DNA from: Haplodiscus bocki
Lineage: Eukaryota
Length of the DNA stretch: 64,000 nucleotides
Direction of reading: 5' to 3'
Assembly: GCA_965655095.1 (NCBI GenBank)
Contig: OZ296648.1
Location: 51,832,001 to 51,896,000, forward strand
A program made the translations under genes and the position numbers. The notes under the pieces are model-generated. The model was given only the letters and a program-made list of their open reading frames with translations, did no database searches and was not told the DNA's origin. This document shows, piece by piece, positions 50,934-64,000 of this stretch (position 1 is its first letter; each line of letters begins with the position of its first letter).

Positions 50934-53680
50934 GTGAGTTCAGCGATATATAGATATTTCATATTTCCCTCATACTGGCATGCCTTTAACTGTTTTGTTT
51001 TTCTAAGTTTTTGGCGCAAACTTTCCACCACCAAGATTTGAACGTTTCACGTTATCCTGAAGGAAGTTTGGTTGAAGATGGTTCAACTACATTTGTTCCC
51101 GTTCATTTTTTACTAAAAAAACAAAATCAACTTCTCAAGTAGTTTGGTTCTTGCGAACACTTTCCCAACTGATAGATTGTTCAAAATGAACATTCTGTCA
51201 ATTTTTTTTGACTTCTCATTTACTAACTGAAATTTTTTTATTACATTGTAGCTGCTCTCAACTTTACAGTTTTTATGCCTTCGAAGGATGGCAGGAGCTG
51301 CTCTAGGTCAAACTGTGGGGCCTAGAACAAACATAGTATCTTTATTTTCTCAACTTAGCGGTCATTGAAACACTTGTTGGCGCTTCACTGAGACAGTGTT
51401 CAATTTTCACTGAATTTGCCGGTGAGAGTTGAATACAATTCCGCAGCGCTGTTTGTTGACTCGCAAAAATTCATCAAATATTGAAAACTTCAATTCAAGT
51501 ATATCAAAAGTTTTGATTATATAAAAACGTCAAAAAGACGCCGGTATATCGACAATCATTCTGCGACATCCTAAGGCCAAAAAGAAACCCGTATTTACAT
51601 AAATGTTCTCTTTTTAGTTGTTTTTCGGATATAAATTGATGATTTTGTTGTTTTTCTATTTTTGCAAGAACTCGAAACAACCGATAAAGCTTATGAAAAC
51701 GCAGGAATTCATTTGATGAGCTTAAGAGGGAATCATTTCACTGAATGACTCAATTTCTATTCAGTCACGATTGATTCATATATAATATGAAAAAGGACTG
51801 GCAGGTTGACAAGTTGATTTTTTGTGTCAAATATAGTTGAAGTCTTCAGACAAAAGACTATAGAGATTCAGCTTCTAATGCAAAAGACCAATGAGCCGAT
51901 ATGGCGCGCAACGTCAAAAAGATACCATCCCTTTTGTAACCTTCGCGTTCGAAAACAGCGTTAGAGTTGGATCAAAAACCCGAAAGTTTTGTAAATAAAT
52001 GGTTCTACGTCCATCAGGTAAAAAAAATTCGCGAAATGTTCTCGACTGGTAAAGAATTACAGCAGAAAAGTTTTGCTGATCTGCATCGTTGCAACGACAT
52101 CATGATAATCACGCGGCAAAGTGCCCCAGCGAAAGCGAGTCGATTTTTGCTCAAACACAATCTTTTACAACCAATTAGTTGTCCCAGTCAGAATGTCTGA
52201 GCGATTCCATTACAAAACCGATAGGCCATCATTTGCCTTGGCCAGCAGAGCAACAACTCCAAAGAAATCCAAAGCTAAGAACTCTTGCAGATCAAGTCGC
52301 CGAGTAAGAAGCCGTTGGTCACTTCTCAAAACAATCGTAACAACATGAACCAGTGCTGGGCGCCCCATTCACAATATACCCGCAAATTTGCGTTACCATC
52401 TTCCTTGTCATTTCTACCTTTTTTGAATTAACCTCAACAGAATTTAGCACAGCAATTGGCTTGAATTGAAGAGCCTAACTCTGGTGAACCAGTTGGCCCC
52501 AGTGTCTCCGTCAGTGCCTTTTTAATGTCATGGATATTTGTTGACCTCAATGAGGAAAAATAACGCATCACACAAACACAGACGTCAGCTATTATTTTTC
52601 AAAAACGTGGAATTTACCGATCTATATAGACAGGTTGATACATCGAATAACTTGTAAAGTTGATTCTTTTAGATATGAAATGAGTTTACTGTCTACAAGC
52701 AATTTGAAAGTATGTAATTTCAAAACATCCTGGCATTTTGTGTGCTCTATTGTAAGTTGTACTTAAAGGTAAGGCGACAATTCACTCCAATTACCAAATA
52801 CAGACCAGGGGTAGATTTTATTTTACAGTTTTCCGGTAAAATTCTTTTTCGGAGTTTTAAGTGACATGCCTCTTGATACAAAATCATTGAATCTCTCAGA
52901 AAATATTTTTTTTGACATGTGGCCTTAAAAAAACTTTGACAAAGTCTAATAAAAACAGTAATTAGCGCCAAGCCAATTTGACGTGTAATTCAATTTTATT
53001 TTTATTTCACCTTAGGCATTTTGAACAGCTGACTTTCACATTTTTGGTGTTTCGCGAAAGCCCAAAATCTCCTACGATTGGTGGTATAAAATACTGGGAC
53101 AGTCCCCTCCTTTCCAGTTTTTGGAAAATGCGCTGAAGACAAAGAAAAATCCATTGAGAAAGAATCGAAAAATTTCACCGTTGATGAAAAATCAACTTCA
53201 TTCAGATTTGATTCTGCATAATAGACTAAATTTTTGTTGCTGCTAAGTTAAATCCTAAAAGTGACCGACTTTTTTTGTTTTTCCTCTCTAAAACAGTTCA
53301 AATTCATATAGACAGATTTATGTTTTTTCTATGGCAAGTTTTTTATATTTTGTAGTATGAAATTCTGGCTGCTCAAGTTTATCAAACTCGTGCTGTTGAG
53401 AACTTCAATAAATGATGAAATTCATTCAGAAAGGGCATTTTTTTACATTTGTTGCTAAATCTTCAGAGCAGTAATCTGCGTAAATTCTTGAAAAATCTCC
53501 GAAATGATTCAGGTCGATTTTGAAGTTTGCTCCGAATTGGTCTTTAGTCCTAGTCGGTTTTATTCCTTATTGACGTTGAGCTATCCTTAAATATACATGT
53601 GTTCAAAGGAGATTCAAAGATTCAACCACTTGTTCTATTATGAGTGACATGCCGCATTGACATCAAACACGTCGTTTTAG

Positions 53681-53892
53681 TTCGATAAACGAGGCGATGG
53701 CGTCGCAGAAACCTCTAATCAGCAACTACTTCTCTGTGACTCAAAATAATTCGGCCGACTGGTCTCAGAGTCTCCTCCGGTCTGTGAGGGACATCATTCT
53801 CCCTGTGCCCTTGTCCATTGTCATCCTCCACCCAGGAAACATCTACCCATCCGTTGTGTCCAGGTTCTCTTGGCTACAACTCGACATGCAAC
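53681..53892 (+). pseudogene. M1-like exon (domain III)
   Basis: TTTTAG acceptor and C|GTTAGT donor; open frame ...FSVTQ...IILPVPLSIV...FSWL (LTQ..WxIPI..WL pattern). Confidence 0.55.
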
Positions 53893-56800
53893 GTTAGTCG
53901 TACTCGACAAATACTTCAATACACTCTTTCATGTATATGTTTACTCGTGTCTCAAAATGTGAAACGTCATATCATGAAGTTTATAACCGCTTTCCAAAAA
54001 TATATACAGTAAGGATTTTGTTTCATTTCGTTTGAGTGAACTTGAGCAAAACTTGAACAAGTTTCTGTCTCATTTTCTCAGTGCACAATTACTTCACCAG
54101 AAAACGGTGAGGACAAAATTTTTTAAAAATTTTTATTCAAAACCTTTGACGTTTTTTTAAATCAAATTACTAATAGTTCTGAGGAAATTATTTTCTCAAA
54201 AATCTCATCAATCACTAAAGATACAGCAAAAGTTATACATATAATATTCGAGCTTTGAGTTTTTCCCAAAACCAATGACTTCAACCGTTTTTGAGAAAAT
54301 GAATTCCTCAAGCGTTTACTCTTAAAAGCCGAAGTGAACTTTCTTCAGCTGATTCATCAAAAAGTTCATATTTTTGGGAGTTCAGATGTCAAAAATTGCA
54401 AAGTGCAAATGTTGTAGGACATTCAAAACTGTAAAATAGTACTGGGTACTTCTATTTTTTTTTCACGGTTGAGATTTTGAAGCTTTTTCCATGGCTAACT
54501 AGACATCACAATCTCAGAAGAACGAACCTTCTTAACTAAAACAAAATTTGGGTCAAATTGTTCATCATGGGTTCGAGTCCATTGCAAAGATTTAGTTAAG
54601 TACACTGGATCGAGATTATTTTTCCATTTAGTCCTTCAAATTCTGCAAAAGTGCAAAAAATGACAAAAAATGCCTAGAATTGGCTGCCTCATTGATTGAG
54701 TTTTCCTTCCATTTTGATGAAATGGCGAGTTTTGCTAACTTATTAAAGATTTTTTCTTCAATCTTAAAGCAATCTTTTCCTTCAAAAGCGTTTCTTCGAA
54801 AATTTGGTAGTCAAAAACGCTAACTAATGAGGCTTTTGTAGTACCAATGAAAGTTTACTGGTGTGAGAGTAAATTTTTTAGACCAAAAATTATGTAAACC
54901 GTTTTTCATGTTGAATTTTCTCGTAAAAAACTCGAAAGGTTTCGAAACATAGAAAACGCCTCGTAAAGTACATTGACTCGTACGGGCTCCGCTGATTGGG
55001 GGTTCGTCTGTTACCTCGATTAGTTTCCACACTAGTATTGTATCAGTGTGAGTAGTGTTATCGCATTAAATTGAACTTCTGAGACGTGGAGTTCATCAAT
55101 GGGAAAATGGATGTCCAAATTTTCCAACATGAACGTTTTTGATTTCTGTAAAGGGTTTTTTGGGTTTGTAACTTCAGTTCCATTTTTAGTCGGCGCTTTA
55201 CGAAATAAAAATGCCGATTACTGGTTACATTTTTTTCTTAAGACAACATAGATCACTTCGATTTGATCCAGCTTTTGTAGAGTTGTATTTATACGTTTTT
55301 CTGGCAAATTGTTGCTTTTGATGGTAGAAGTTGTACCATAGCTTCCAAAACTATTAAAATCAAGCAAAACTCGTGATACCGCTTTTGCATATGCTCTAAT
55401 TTTTTGAGAAGGCAAACACCGAAATTTTTCGCAATACGCTTTAGACAAGAAACTGAATATATTGGTGAGTAAGTACACCCCCACTTATATCTCGATTTTC
55501 CGCCACTCGAAAACGTATCCGCCATTTTAGCTAGCATGCTTTCTGGCTGAACTAAATAATCGCCAAACTTGATTGTATACCAACCTTTATAATGATGACA
55601 AATCTGACGTTTCGTTGTTGAAAATAAAGTAATCAAGTTTAAACCCACTCTTGGTCAGGGAGCGCCCGCATTTATCCGCCCATAATTGCTGCGCGAATTA
55701 TCATGGAAAATTGAAGATACTTTCATTTAACGTTGGTAAATTGATTTTTCTTGAACAAAAAACCGAAAGTATGCCTCCAAGTTTTCGGAAAGAAACTAAT
55801 GTCAAATGATATCCAACTTTGCCCTAGAATATCCGCTACTTTGGTATTTTTGCCGGCATACTTTTTAGCTGAGAAAAATAATAAAAAAACTGAGCTTTTT
55901 GCCAACATCGTCCAAATGATTGCACTACGGACGTTTCATACCAAATTCGATGATGAAATTCGGGCCCACTTTCTGTGCTAATGCCCGCGGAAAATCGAGG
56001 TACTGTTAAACATCCCTTTGACTGCCAACAGTGTTTTTCAAAGCTACCAAGGCTATTCACAACATTGAATGTTCCCACTACGAGTATTTTGAAAATTTTT
56101 AGTGGCGCTGACTCTGGCCATTCTTAGTTTGTCTGATTATTAGTATTCGTTTTTCAGAAACATTCATTTTTACTTCGCTCCCAAAATGCTATTTTGGAAA
56201 AATATATATCTTTCGTCGTGTGCACTTTTTAAGGTAAACTAGCAAATCGTGCGTTGAACCAAGTTTGACCCTATAGTGTGTGTAAAATGACTTTTTTCAA
56301 AAAAAACTTCGATGACAAAAAAATTTTTAATTGGAACAATGAAGAAAAACTGCCATAGAATGCGGAATGCGTCCAGAAATGTAATATTTTTCTCCTTTTT
56401 TTTCATCAAAATGTAGGTAATTTTGAAGGTTTCTGTTCGGTTTAAAATCAGTTTTTCCCTAATAGCCTAATTTTGAGCCTGTGAACATCAGATCGCAGAA
56501 CTTCAGATTTTTATCATCGGTGAAAACTTTACACTTGAAGAATTTAACAACTTTAGGTAACCAACGAAAGAAAAACCTCCCAGAATTAGAAGAGCGTGTC
56601 GGTTTTTATGTGCATGTATGTATGCAGATGAAATGTTTTTTTTAAATGTTTTTTTTTAAAAAATTAAATGTTTCTGTTGATTTCCCCAAGCAGTAGAAAC
56701 ACCCCCCCCCCCCAACTCCCCATGCAGAAGCAAACTCTTCTCAATGGGATGGAAGAATCAACAGAAAAATTCCTCTTTTCTCAAAATGCTGGTGAATTAC

Positions 56801-57950
56801 ATTCTCATATTGCAAACTCGCATGACGGTCCATCAGAAAACAAGCGGTTACTGAAGTGAAAAGTATTAATTATTAACACCGAGAGGTCAGGTCTCATTTT
56901 CAAAGAGATACTTCGTCCTCATATTTTGGCTTGCCATTGAAGTGTATCATGAAGGCAACTTTTCAATTTGCTAAATCAAATTCCTTCATCTTTCATCTAT
57001 CACACACGCTGAGTAGGGTCGATAGATTTTGCTGAGATAAAAGACACGTCACAAGTGTCGAATTGAGCACCAGCCAATGTTTATCACTAACAGCCATTCT
57101 GGCGCCATTCTGTAAGTCTCAAAATGTTCATTCATATGGGCTCGCAGACAATATGCATGGCATAAAAGCAGATTGTAGAAGTTTAATTTTCATAAAAGCT
57201 TGAACTTCTTGTTTTACGAGCATGTTGAAAAGTTGTTCAAACCTTTGATCAGGGGTGGATATGAAACAAAACAAAAAGTGCCTAATAGGTACTGTTTTAA
57301 GTGCTAATAACAGCCATTTCAGGTGGTTAAAATTCAGAATCGTTAAAATAGGTGCTATTATATGTCGAATCTTACTTGAAAACTTTTTCGAAAAGCAAAA
57401 AATTTAGCTCGCTGAACGGTATTAATGCTCTAAAATGTTGACATAAAAAATTGAAAGTTTTCGAAATTCTTGGCTATAATTAAACTCCGCCCCTGATTGT
57501 GACTGACAGAAAAACTATGAATCTTTTAAATACCTTCGCTCTGATTCATTTGCTGACGACTGTTTTATAGTTCCCTCCAATCACAGTACAAGGAACATCG
57601 TGGAATCTTTTCTTTTGACTTTAGTAATTTTTGTGATTTTTGGAAACTACTTAAATTCAAATAATTTCTCACCGATATTGGACTATTTTAGTTGGTTTTT
57701 CAAAAAAATCATTATAGTGACAGCATGACACCGTTTTAATCAATAGAAGTGTCATTTTATTAGATCCACTATGATATGAGTACCATGGAGAAACTGAATA
57801 GTTTTTTTCCAGATAGAAAACTACATTTTGGTCATACTATTGTTGAGTCGTCAAACTTTTTTCTCTGCATAGATCGTAAATTTGCATGAATTTAATTTTC
57901 GGTTTGTGTACATTTCACCTCACAGACATTTAACCCCACTTTTGAAAACA

Positions 57951-58290
57951 GTAGCAGGAACAAAAATACTCAAACTCAAAATACCTAAGCTCAAAATACC
58001 CGAAATCCCAAAATACCCAGGATCGAAATAACTATACTAAATAAAGAACTAACAGCATCTTAGCGCTAAGAGTTTCAAGACGCAACTAATTACGTACGTT
58101 TAAGGACACTTCAAAATATTGATGGTGTCAGATTAAAATACCACAAGTCAAAATATTTACAGAGAATTACCTTGAATAGAAGAACATTGAAAAATTTCAA
58201 AATTAGTTTTGGTTGAAAAATAAACGGAAACTTGCATTTCTAAAATTCTGTATTTCTTGTCTGAAAATTTTCAAGCAAAATAATTTTCTG
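57951..58290. repeat. Inverted partial copy of the right end of the 42200-46267 element
   Basis: For example CTTCAAAATATT..TGGTGTCAGA..ATACCACAAGTCAAAATATTTACAGA..TTACCTTGAA (58110-58176) is the reverse complement of about 46027-46094. Confidence 0.8.
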
Positions 58291-58708
58291 AAACTGTAGT
58301 TTTTGCGAATTTGGAATTGATAACTTCCATTCTAACTTAGTTTTTTTTGTTAGTGGGCGCCCAAAATTTTCAAAGTTTGAGGTTTCCAAAAAACTAATTT
58401 ATTTGACTTGTTGAAAATACTGAAGCGTAACCCAAAAAAATTTCGGCACTGTGAAACAAAATTGTGATACCTCCATTTTTTTGCAACAGACCGGTGAAAC
58501 GCGCAAATTTGAGACTTAAAAGCCTTCTATGCCTTTCACATTTGTCTGCTTTTTTGATTGTGCTGTAAAAATTCGAGTTAAAAATTTCCAAAAACTTCAA
58601 ATTCCAAAATGGTAAATTTTTACAAAATAGATGCTAGCTGTGGTAGTAGTCTTTTTTGTTCGGTGCATTTATGATGTTATATAGAATTTTGTTTTAACAA
58701 GCAGTAAT

Positions 58709-60541
58709 TAGTTCCAAATTAACATTATCAGATGTTTTCAAAGGTTCCACTCCAAAGTACCCAAAACCAAAATGCCCAACCCCAAAACACCCAAGGCCAA
58801 AGTAACCAATGTCCCAAAACACCCAAAGCCAAGGTACCCAAGAGTTGAACAACCATACCATTTGAAGGGGGGCAGGAGAAAACCGCCGTTTTTGAGGTGG
58901 GACAAAACCGCCAATTTTGAAATTGAGACAAAGCCGCCGACTCTGAAAACGAGACAAACTCGCCGATTTTGTGAATGAGACAAAGCAGCCGTTTATTAGA
59001 ACGAGACATAATCGCCGATTGGTAATAACAAAGATCGATGATTTTGTCATTGCAGAACAAAGTTCAAAAATAAGAAACATTTGACTCAATTGCACAACGT
59101 ATTGAAAGCGAGTGAGCTGAATCTTGAAAGAATTCATTGCGCGCACATTACGTGATACATGATTACACTGCGCGCTGTATGGTACGTGATAAGACGGTTA
59201 CACGTCATTTTGTCCTACACCATTTCAACCGTTGCAGTTTTACCCGTTCACACTTTCAACCGCTTGCCTTTCCGACCGCTTGCACATTCAACTGCCGAAA
59301 ATTTGACCTATTTAATCAGGTTCAAGGTTATTCAATTTTTTCAAGACGTTCTAAATTAATTCAAAAAATTGAAGAATCAATAGAGCGTCATTAACAAGAC
59401 AGTCTGACGTAAATTCCAAAGGTCCTATTGGACAAAATACCATACGCAGCAAACTTGAAAATGATGTCTCCGAACTTAACCAGGAAGAAATCAGATGCAA
59501 TTTGCATCTCACTAGGAGAACAAACTTGAAGGGACTTTAATTTCTTGTCACCGGCTTTGACAAAGTTGTTGAAAATTCTGTTCAACACTTCCAAATTGTT
59601 ATTAGTTTTACTTTTTCTGTCCATTACCGCTTGATAAACGCTCCATTCACTAGCTGCAAATCTTGGTACGCGTCTGCCTTGAATAATCTGAAATAGCTTT
59701 CTTGTTCAGGAGTAGTGCGTAAATCAGAGGAGTTATGTAAATGTTTGTGCGCGAGACTTACCGTGGGTTTTGTGTACTTGATAAAAAACATCGTGTGATG
59801 TAGAAAAAGTGCCGTCCCAGTACCATCTCTCAGATTCCCCAGAACACCCAAGTTTGTTGGTCTGGCGAAAATGAGTAGTCTTTCTGGATCATGCGATCCA
59901 CTGTCATAATTCTGCCGCCTCTTCGGTAGATGTAACCCTCATGAATGGCAAGTTCAGCACTCTTCTGTCTATTGCTGAAATTCATTTTTGCGAAGTGCAA
60001 TCAGCTAACAAAATGAAGTGTAGTGACTTAAGTTTTTGCGATGAGTGATTTGAGTAATCTATCAATTAACACTTAAGGGTGTCAAAGTCTGATCGGAATT
60101 CGCGGTATCAGTTTTCACTGCCTATATCTCATTGATAATTACATGAACTTCATCAGCGCCTATTTACCAATCAGAAGCTATTAAATTGATGAAGTTTGTC
60201 TTCATGCATTTCCGTCTTGCAATTTTGTTAGTTGGAATTTAAATATGAGCAAAAGAAAAATCGGCGAATTCCTGACACAAAAATCGGCTGCTTTGTCCCA
60301 CTTCAAAATCGGCGATTTTGTGTGGCTTTCAAAATCGGCTGTTTTGTCTCGTTTTCAAAATCGGCGGTTTTGTCCTACTCCCATTTAAAGAGTTTGGTTG
60401 TTTAAATCCTGTGTACATTGGCTTTGGATATTTTGGGACATTGGTTACTTTGGCTTTGGGTGTTTTGGGCTTGGGAATTTTGGTTTTAGGTGTTTTGGAG
60501 TGGAACCTTTGAAAACATCTGGTAATGTTAATTTGGAACTA
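58709..60541. mobile_element. Palindromic fold-back MITE split at its centre
   Basis: 58709-58858 is an inverted copy of 60391-60541, including GGTTCCACTCCAAA.. (58743/60507) and 15-bp CCCAAAACACC subrepeats. Confidence 0.85.
58868..60382 (-). mobile_element. Mutator-like element with 25-bp subrepeat TIRs and transposase remnant
   Basis: TIR arrays of GACAAAACCGCCGATTTTG; flanking direct repeat ATTTGAAG/ATTTAAAG; internal minus-strand remnants EGYIYRR and KTNNNLEVLNRIFN (MULE RTNNxxE motif). Confidence 0.7.
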
Positions 60542-63500
60542 TAACTAGGGTACTATTTGCTTTTTTTTGTACTGCACCATGTATTTAACACATAATTTAT
60601 TATATTAGCTAGAGAATAATGCTAATATCACCTCATCATTTTAGGTAAGACAGTATTTTTTGTACATAGTTATTCACCATATGTATTAATATTATCGCTA
60701 ATTAAAGCTAGTTTTCAAATGGGGGTGAAATGTCCGTGGGTTGATATGTCCTTGGGGTGAAATATCTTCTGGGTGAAATGTCCGTGGGGTTAAATATCTC
60801 CGGAGTGAAATGCCCTGGCACCTCATTCCTCGAATTTTGCCTTTAGGTTTCTATAGATACATGTGCCGTTAATCTTCGCATTATGTTCTCCATTGTTCAA
60901 AAACTCCCCTCAACTGCTATTGTTTGGACTGCCGGATATTGAAACGAATTCGTGACTTCCGTCAAAGGAAGTCAGAAAACGTATGGATTTTATTTTCTCA
61001 GCGTTTCTTATTTAATCCGCCCGAATCCTATACAAATCTACGTCAAAGCGCTCAATTACGATAACTTTTGTAATCTAGAACTGCTTGCGAAACATCTTGT
61101 CTCCATAATCTTAATTGTCGAAACTTTCCGAATTCTTTGGAATCATTGCTGTTTGGCTGGTGCATCACTGGGGCATTCGTCAGAAAACATTTGATATATC
61201 GACAGAAACTGGCTGCGAAACGTTTAACCGTAAATACTCCAAACTCATGACGCAGTTTTAGCACACCAATTTGATTTGAAGCATAAAAACTTTTGTGATA
61301 AGCTGACTAACAACGGAAATTTTCCATCTTTGTAACTTGATCTCTCCACAAACAGCAAAAAGAATTTGAAACAACAACTTTAAGAAGCTTCGAAAGCCTT
61401 CCAAATTTGGAAACACTTTGTGATGACTATCAAACCTAGCAAGGTGTGATAAAATAAGTTGATTGGGTGCGAAAATTTCCATTTTGGAGCTCGGACACTG
61501 AATACTTCTACGAATGCAAAAAAGAATCGAGACGCCGTAATGATGAATGTTTCTCAGATTTTTATTTAGTTTACAATGGAGTTTGCTTGACAATCCTAGG
61601 ATCAATACTTTGAAAGTTATACACTTCAATTTTTGACCAATTTTGGTGGACTGTTGTTGAGAAGGAAAAGATTTTCCAGAAAAGTGTTACCCGAAAGATG
61701 CTCTCGAATTCAAATACTTGAGGAAAACAGTATTTTTAGTCGGCGCTATCTATAGGAAAAAAAGCTCGACTATTACAGTGACTTGTTTTTTTGTTTCTTA
61801 AAACCATTGAACTTGACGAATTTCTACAAAATTTTTAAGCTTCCAATTGGTACTCTACAACGGCCCGGTGGCCTATAGGGTAGAAGAACAGCTCCACAAA
61901 CCATAGATGCGGGTATTGCCAAAAAATTTCGGGATTATGTTTGATTTCCGGGTTTTGCGGCATATTTCAATTTTTGGGTTTTTTTCTACATTTTCAGAAA
62001 AGTTCTACCACCCCTGATTTTTCAACAATCCCGGCTTGTTGGTCTAGAGTTGGATAAAATTTTTTGATCCATAGATAGGGGCATGAGACTAGGTAAGTCC
62101 CATTTTTTTTTAACAAATGTCTAATTTTGGTTTTCAACCCCCGCCCCCTCCCCTCCAAAAAAATTATGATACATTGATCGTCGAATTTTATGATACTAGA
62201 AAAACGATTGCCCATGGATATTTTCGACCGTACGACTTGGGCCGTTCCCAGCTTCTTCTATCTTAATGCATAGAATACCTAATGTTTGACGTAAAACGGA
62301 AACATGTCTAAAAACGGTGAAATACAAAAATTTCATATGAAAACGAAACAGACCATTCGCTGCAAATGTTCCAGGGTGTCGCCTGGTTACACATTTTCCT
62401 CAAAACTTCTTGCACTACGATCGAAATTCCGAAAAAAATGAAAACGTTAAAAATTCAAAATGACGGGTCGTATTTTTCAAATAACCCGGAAGACTGAAGT
62501 CGGCGTCGACCGTAAAGCTCAGCATACTTTAAGGATGGGGACGCTCTGGCTGTTGAGAAATTCTGCGCTAGATGTATACGAGGGGCTATCACAAAAAAAG
62601 GACCAAAGATCCAGAACTTTTCGATAAAAAATAGATTTTCGAAATTGTTTCTGGAATAAAATGTAACCTCCCAAAATAGCCCAAAAACGACGTTGCCTGT
62701 ATGGCTCAAATATGCATGAGGATTTTTTTCGAACATTTCTGCTTGTCTGACAAAAAGAATGGAATAATCACGTTTTGTTAATCATAAAAATTGAATCCCA
62801 TAGTGTCAAACTTCTGGAGACCCTTTGATACCATAAAAATTGTCTTTTATATGTAATTTAGCTCTAGCCATTTTCTACAGTCCCGGAGGATGGCTGTAAG
62901 GCTTAGAAAGTTGTCAAGAGCAGGAAAGCAGACGCGCATAGTAGGTGTATCCTCTAATAAGTTTGCTATTGTTCGTGTCAGCTAAAATTGCTGAGCGGGG
63001 TGTGTGCGGTCAAAGATCTGCGGTGTTGTGTAAGAAACTCTCGGAAGCCTACACTGTTAATAGTTTTGTAAATATGCCTTGCTAGGCCCCACAGTCAAGA
63101 TTTCAGTAAATTCTACTAGCAGGGAGTTGAAAAGCAAAGGAAACGTATAAAATAGACGGGGAATTATTTGGTAAGAAATGAAAATGGCCGTCAGGTTAGG
63201 AAAACTACACGTTCACAAAAAAATGAGAATTCTGGAAGAGAGAGATTATCGGGCCGCTATTTGAGCATTACAATCACTGGAAGTGTAACAGCAAGTTTCT
63301 CAAGTTAATTTTATAATTGAAGTTATTGTAAATCGCATCTGTATATTCTCAACTGTAATATATTCGACATGAGTAAATTTCTCCCCAAAATGGGCAAAAA
63401 AACGTATCTTTGTTATAACCATCCAACGTTTAAAACCTCCTTCAACAGACTATATCACGCAAATTGTCATAATACCAGGAGGTATCCAAACAATCAAAAG

Positions 63501-64000
63501 CTTGGAACTACGAAGCATTTAATAAATTATAGGACATCAGTGTTAATTTTTGTCCAAAGTTTCACTTATCAATTCAGACGCCAATACATTGCTCAATTTT
63601 AATAATTTACCAATCAATCCCGTACTCTGAAAAGCAGTCAGAAAGTTCGTGCATAGATTGAGGCAAACTTTTTATTGAATTTTCGGTGGGATGAATGGTC
63701 ACATTCGTTTTCTAAAGCTTTCGTTTTCATCTTTGTTTTGATTTTATGTTTGTTTGATTTTTATGTCATATTTGATTTAGTTTAGTTAAGACTTCGGTAA
63801 CATGCATTGAAGCAATTAGCCTACTCACTTCCTTTGGTTCCTCTTTGTTCAAGCCGCTACTAAAGTCAAGCGGTATGACAAAATAGGATACCGAATTTCA
63901 TATACGACTGCGGTAAATGGGTTAGAGCAGTTAACGAAGTCAAGCCTTTTAGGGACCTCTAATTGTCAAGCGCCATCTGCGGACGAGGATAGGACATGCA

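Larger units (their letters stand above)
33879..53892 (+). pseudogene. M1 (aminopeptidase N-like) family gene, catalytically degenerate and disabled; at least 9 exons
   Basis: Collinear GT-AG bounded exons with mostly matching phases. They encode ARSFFPCFDEP, SLPTDMVLVYIDNY, LSMVILP..DYENE/GILF, WWDEYW..G, AAFK|AASIISML, IMRLW and PVPLSI in M1 domain order. Three in-frame stops in one exon and two 1-bp indels. Confidence 0.8.
57901..60822. mobile_element. Outermost Mutator-like TIR pair of a nested cluster
   Basis: CATTTCACCTCACAGACATTTAACCCC..TTTGAAAAC (57911-57949) is inverted at 60711-60822 as a 16-bp GGGGTGAAATGTCC array ending ..TGGCACC. TSD not convincing. Confidence 0.55.
54950..61225 (+). 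pseudogene. Tentative distal decayed exons of the M1-like gene
   Basis: Weak, correctly ordered hints: YRIKL/TSETW (~55060), LVFLPAYFLAE (~55845), LFSMGW..LVNYIL (~56745), ENI*YIDRN (~61190). Stops present; boundaries not resolved. Confidence 0.3.

Noticed and set aside
58694-60512. Gly/Phe- or Pro/Lys-rich ORFs over the TIR arrays
   Set aside because: Translations of 15-bp TIR subrepeats.
61861-61920. tRNA-like start GGCCCGGTGGCCTATAGGG
   Set aside because: No B box or cloverleaf. At most a SINE remnant.

Overview
AT-rich, repeat-dense eukaryotic (invertebrate animal-like) genomic DNA. There are no prokaryotic genes, rRNA, intact tRNA or CRISPR, and most of the supplied ORF track is spurious. 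Left half: a Maverick/Polinton relic (protein-primed PolB fragment, AGTAGT-ended inverted repeats), two related MITEs, a decayed Ty1/copia element, a 5' LTR plus gag stub, two old ~177-bp tandem arrays, a Tc1 transposase relic, and an intronless coiled-coil + TRAF-C (MATH) coding segment followed by a probable long LTR. Right half: a multi-exon, plus-strand M1 aminopeptidase-like gene (about 33.9-53.9 kb, possibly 33.2-61.2 kb). It has lost every zinc ligand and catalytic residue and also carries stops and frameshifts. Its introns hold a full-length young RTE LINE (12-bp TSD, (AAG)n tail, HDV-like ribozyme fold at its exact 5' end, one homopolymer frameshift), nested Mutator-like elements (one carrying a 42-bp/211-bp higher-order tandem repeat, another forming a symmetric multi-layer palindrome) and a Tc1-type MITE. 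All calls come from manual translation and motif recognition; no searches were run, and relic boundaries are approximate.
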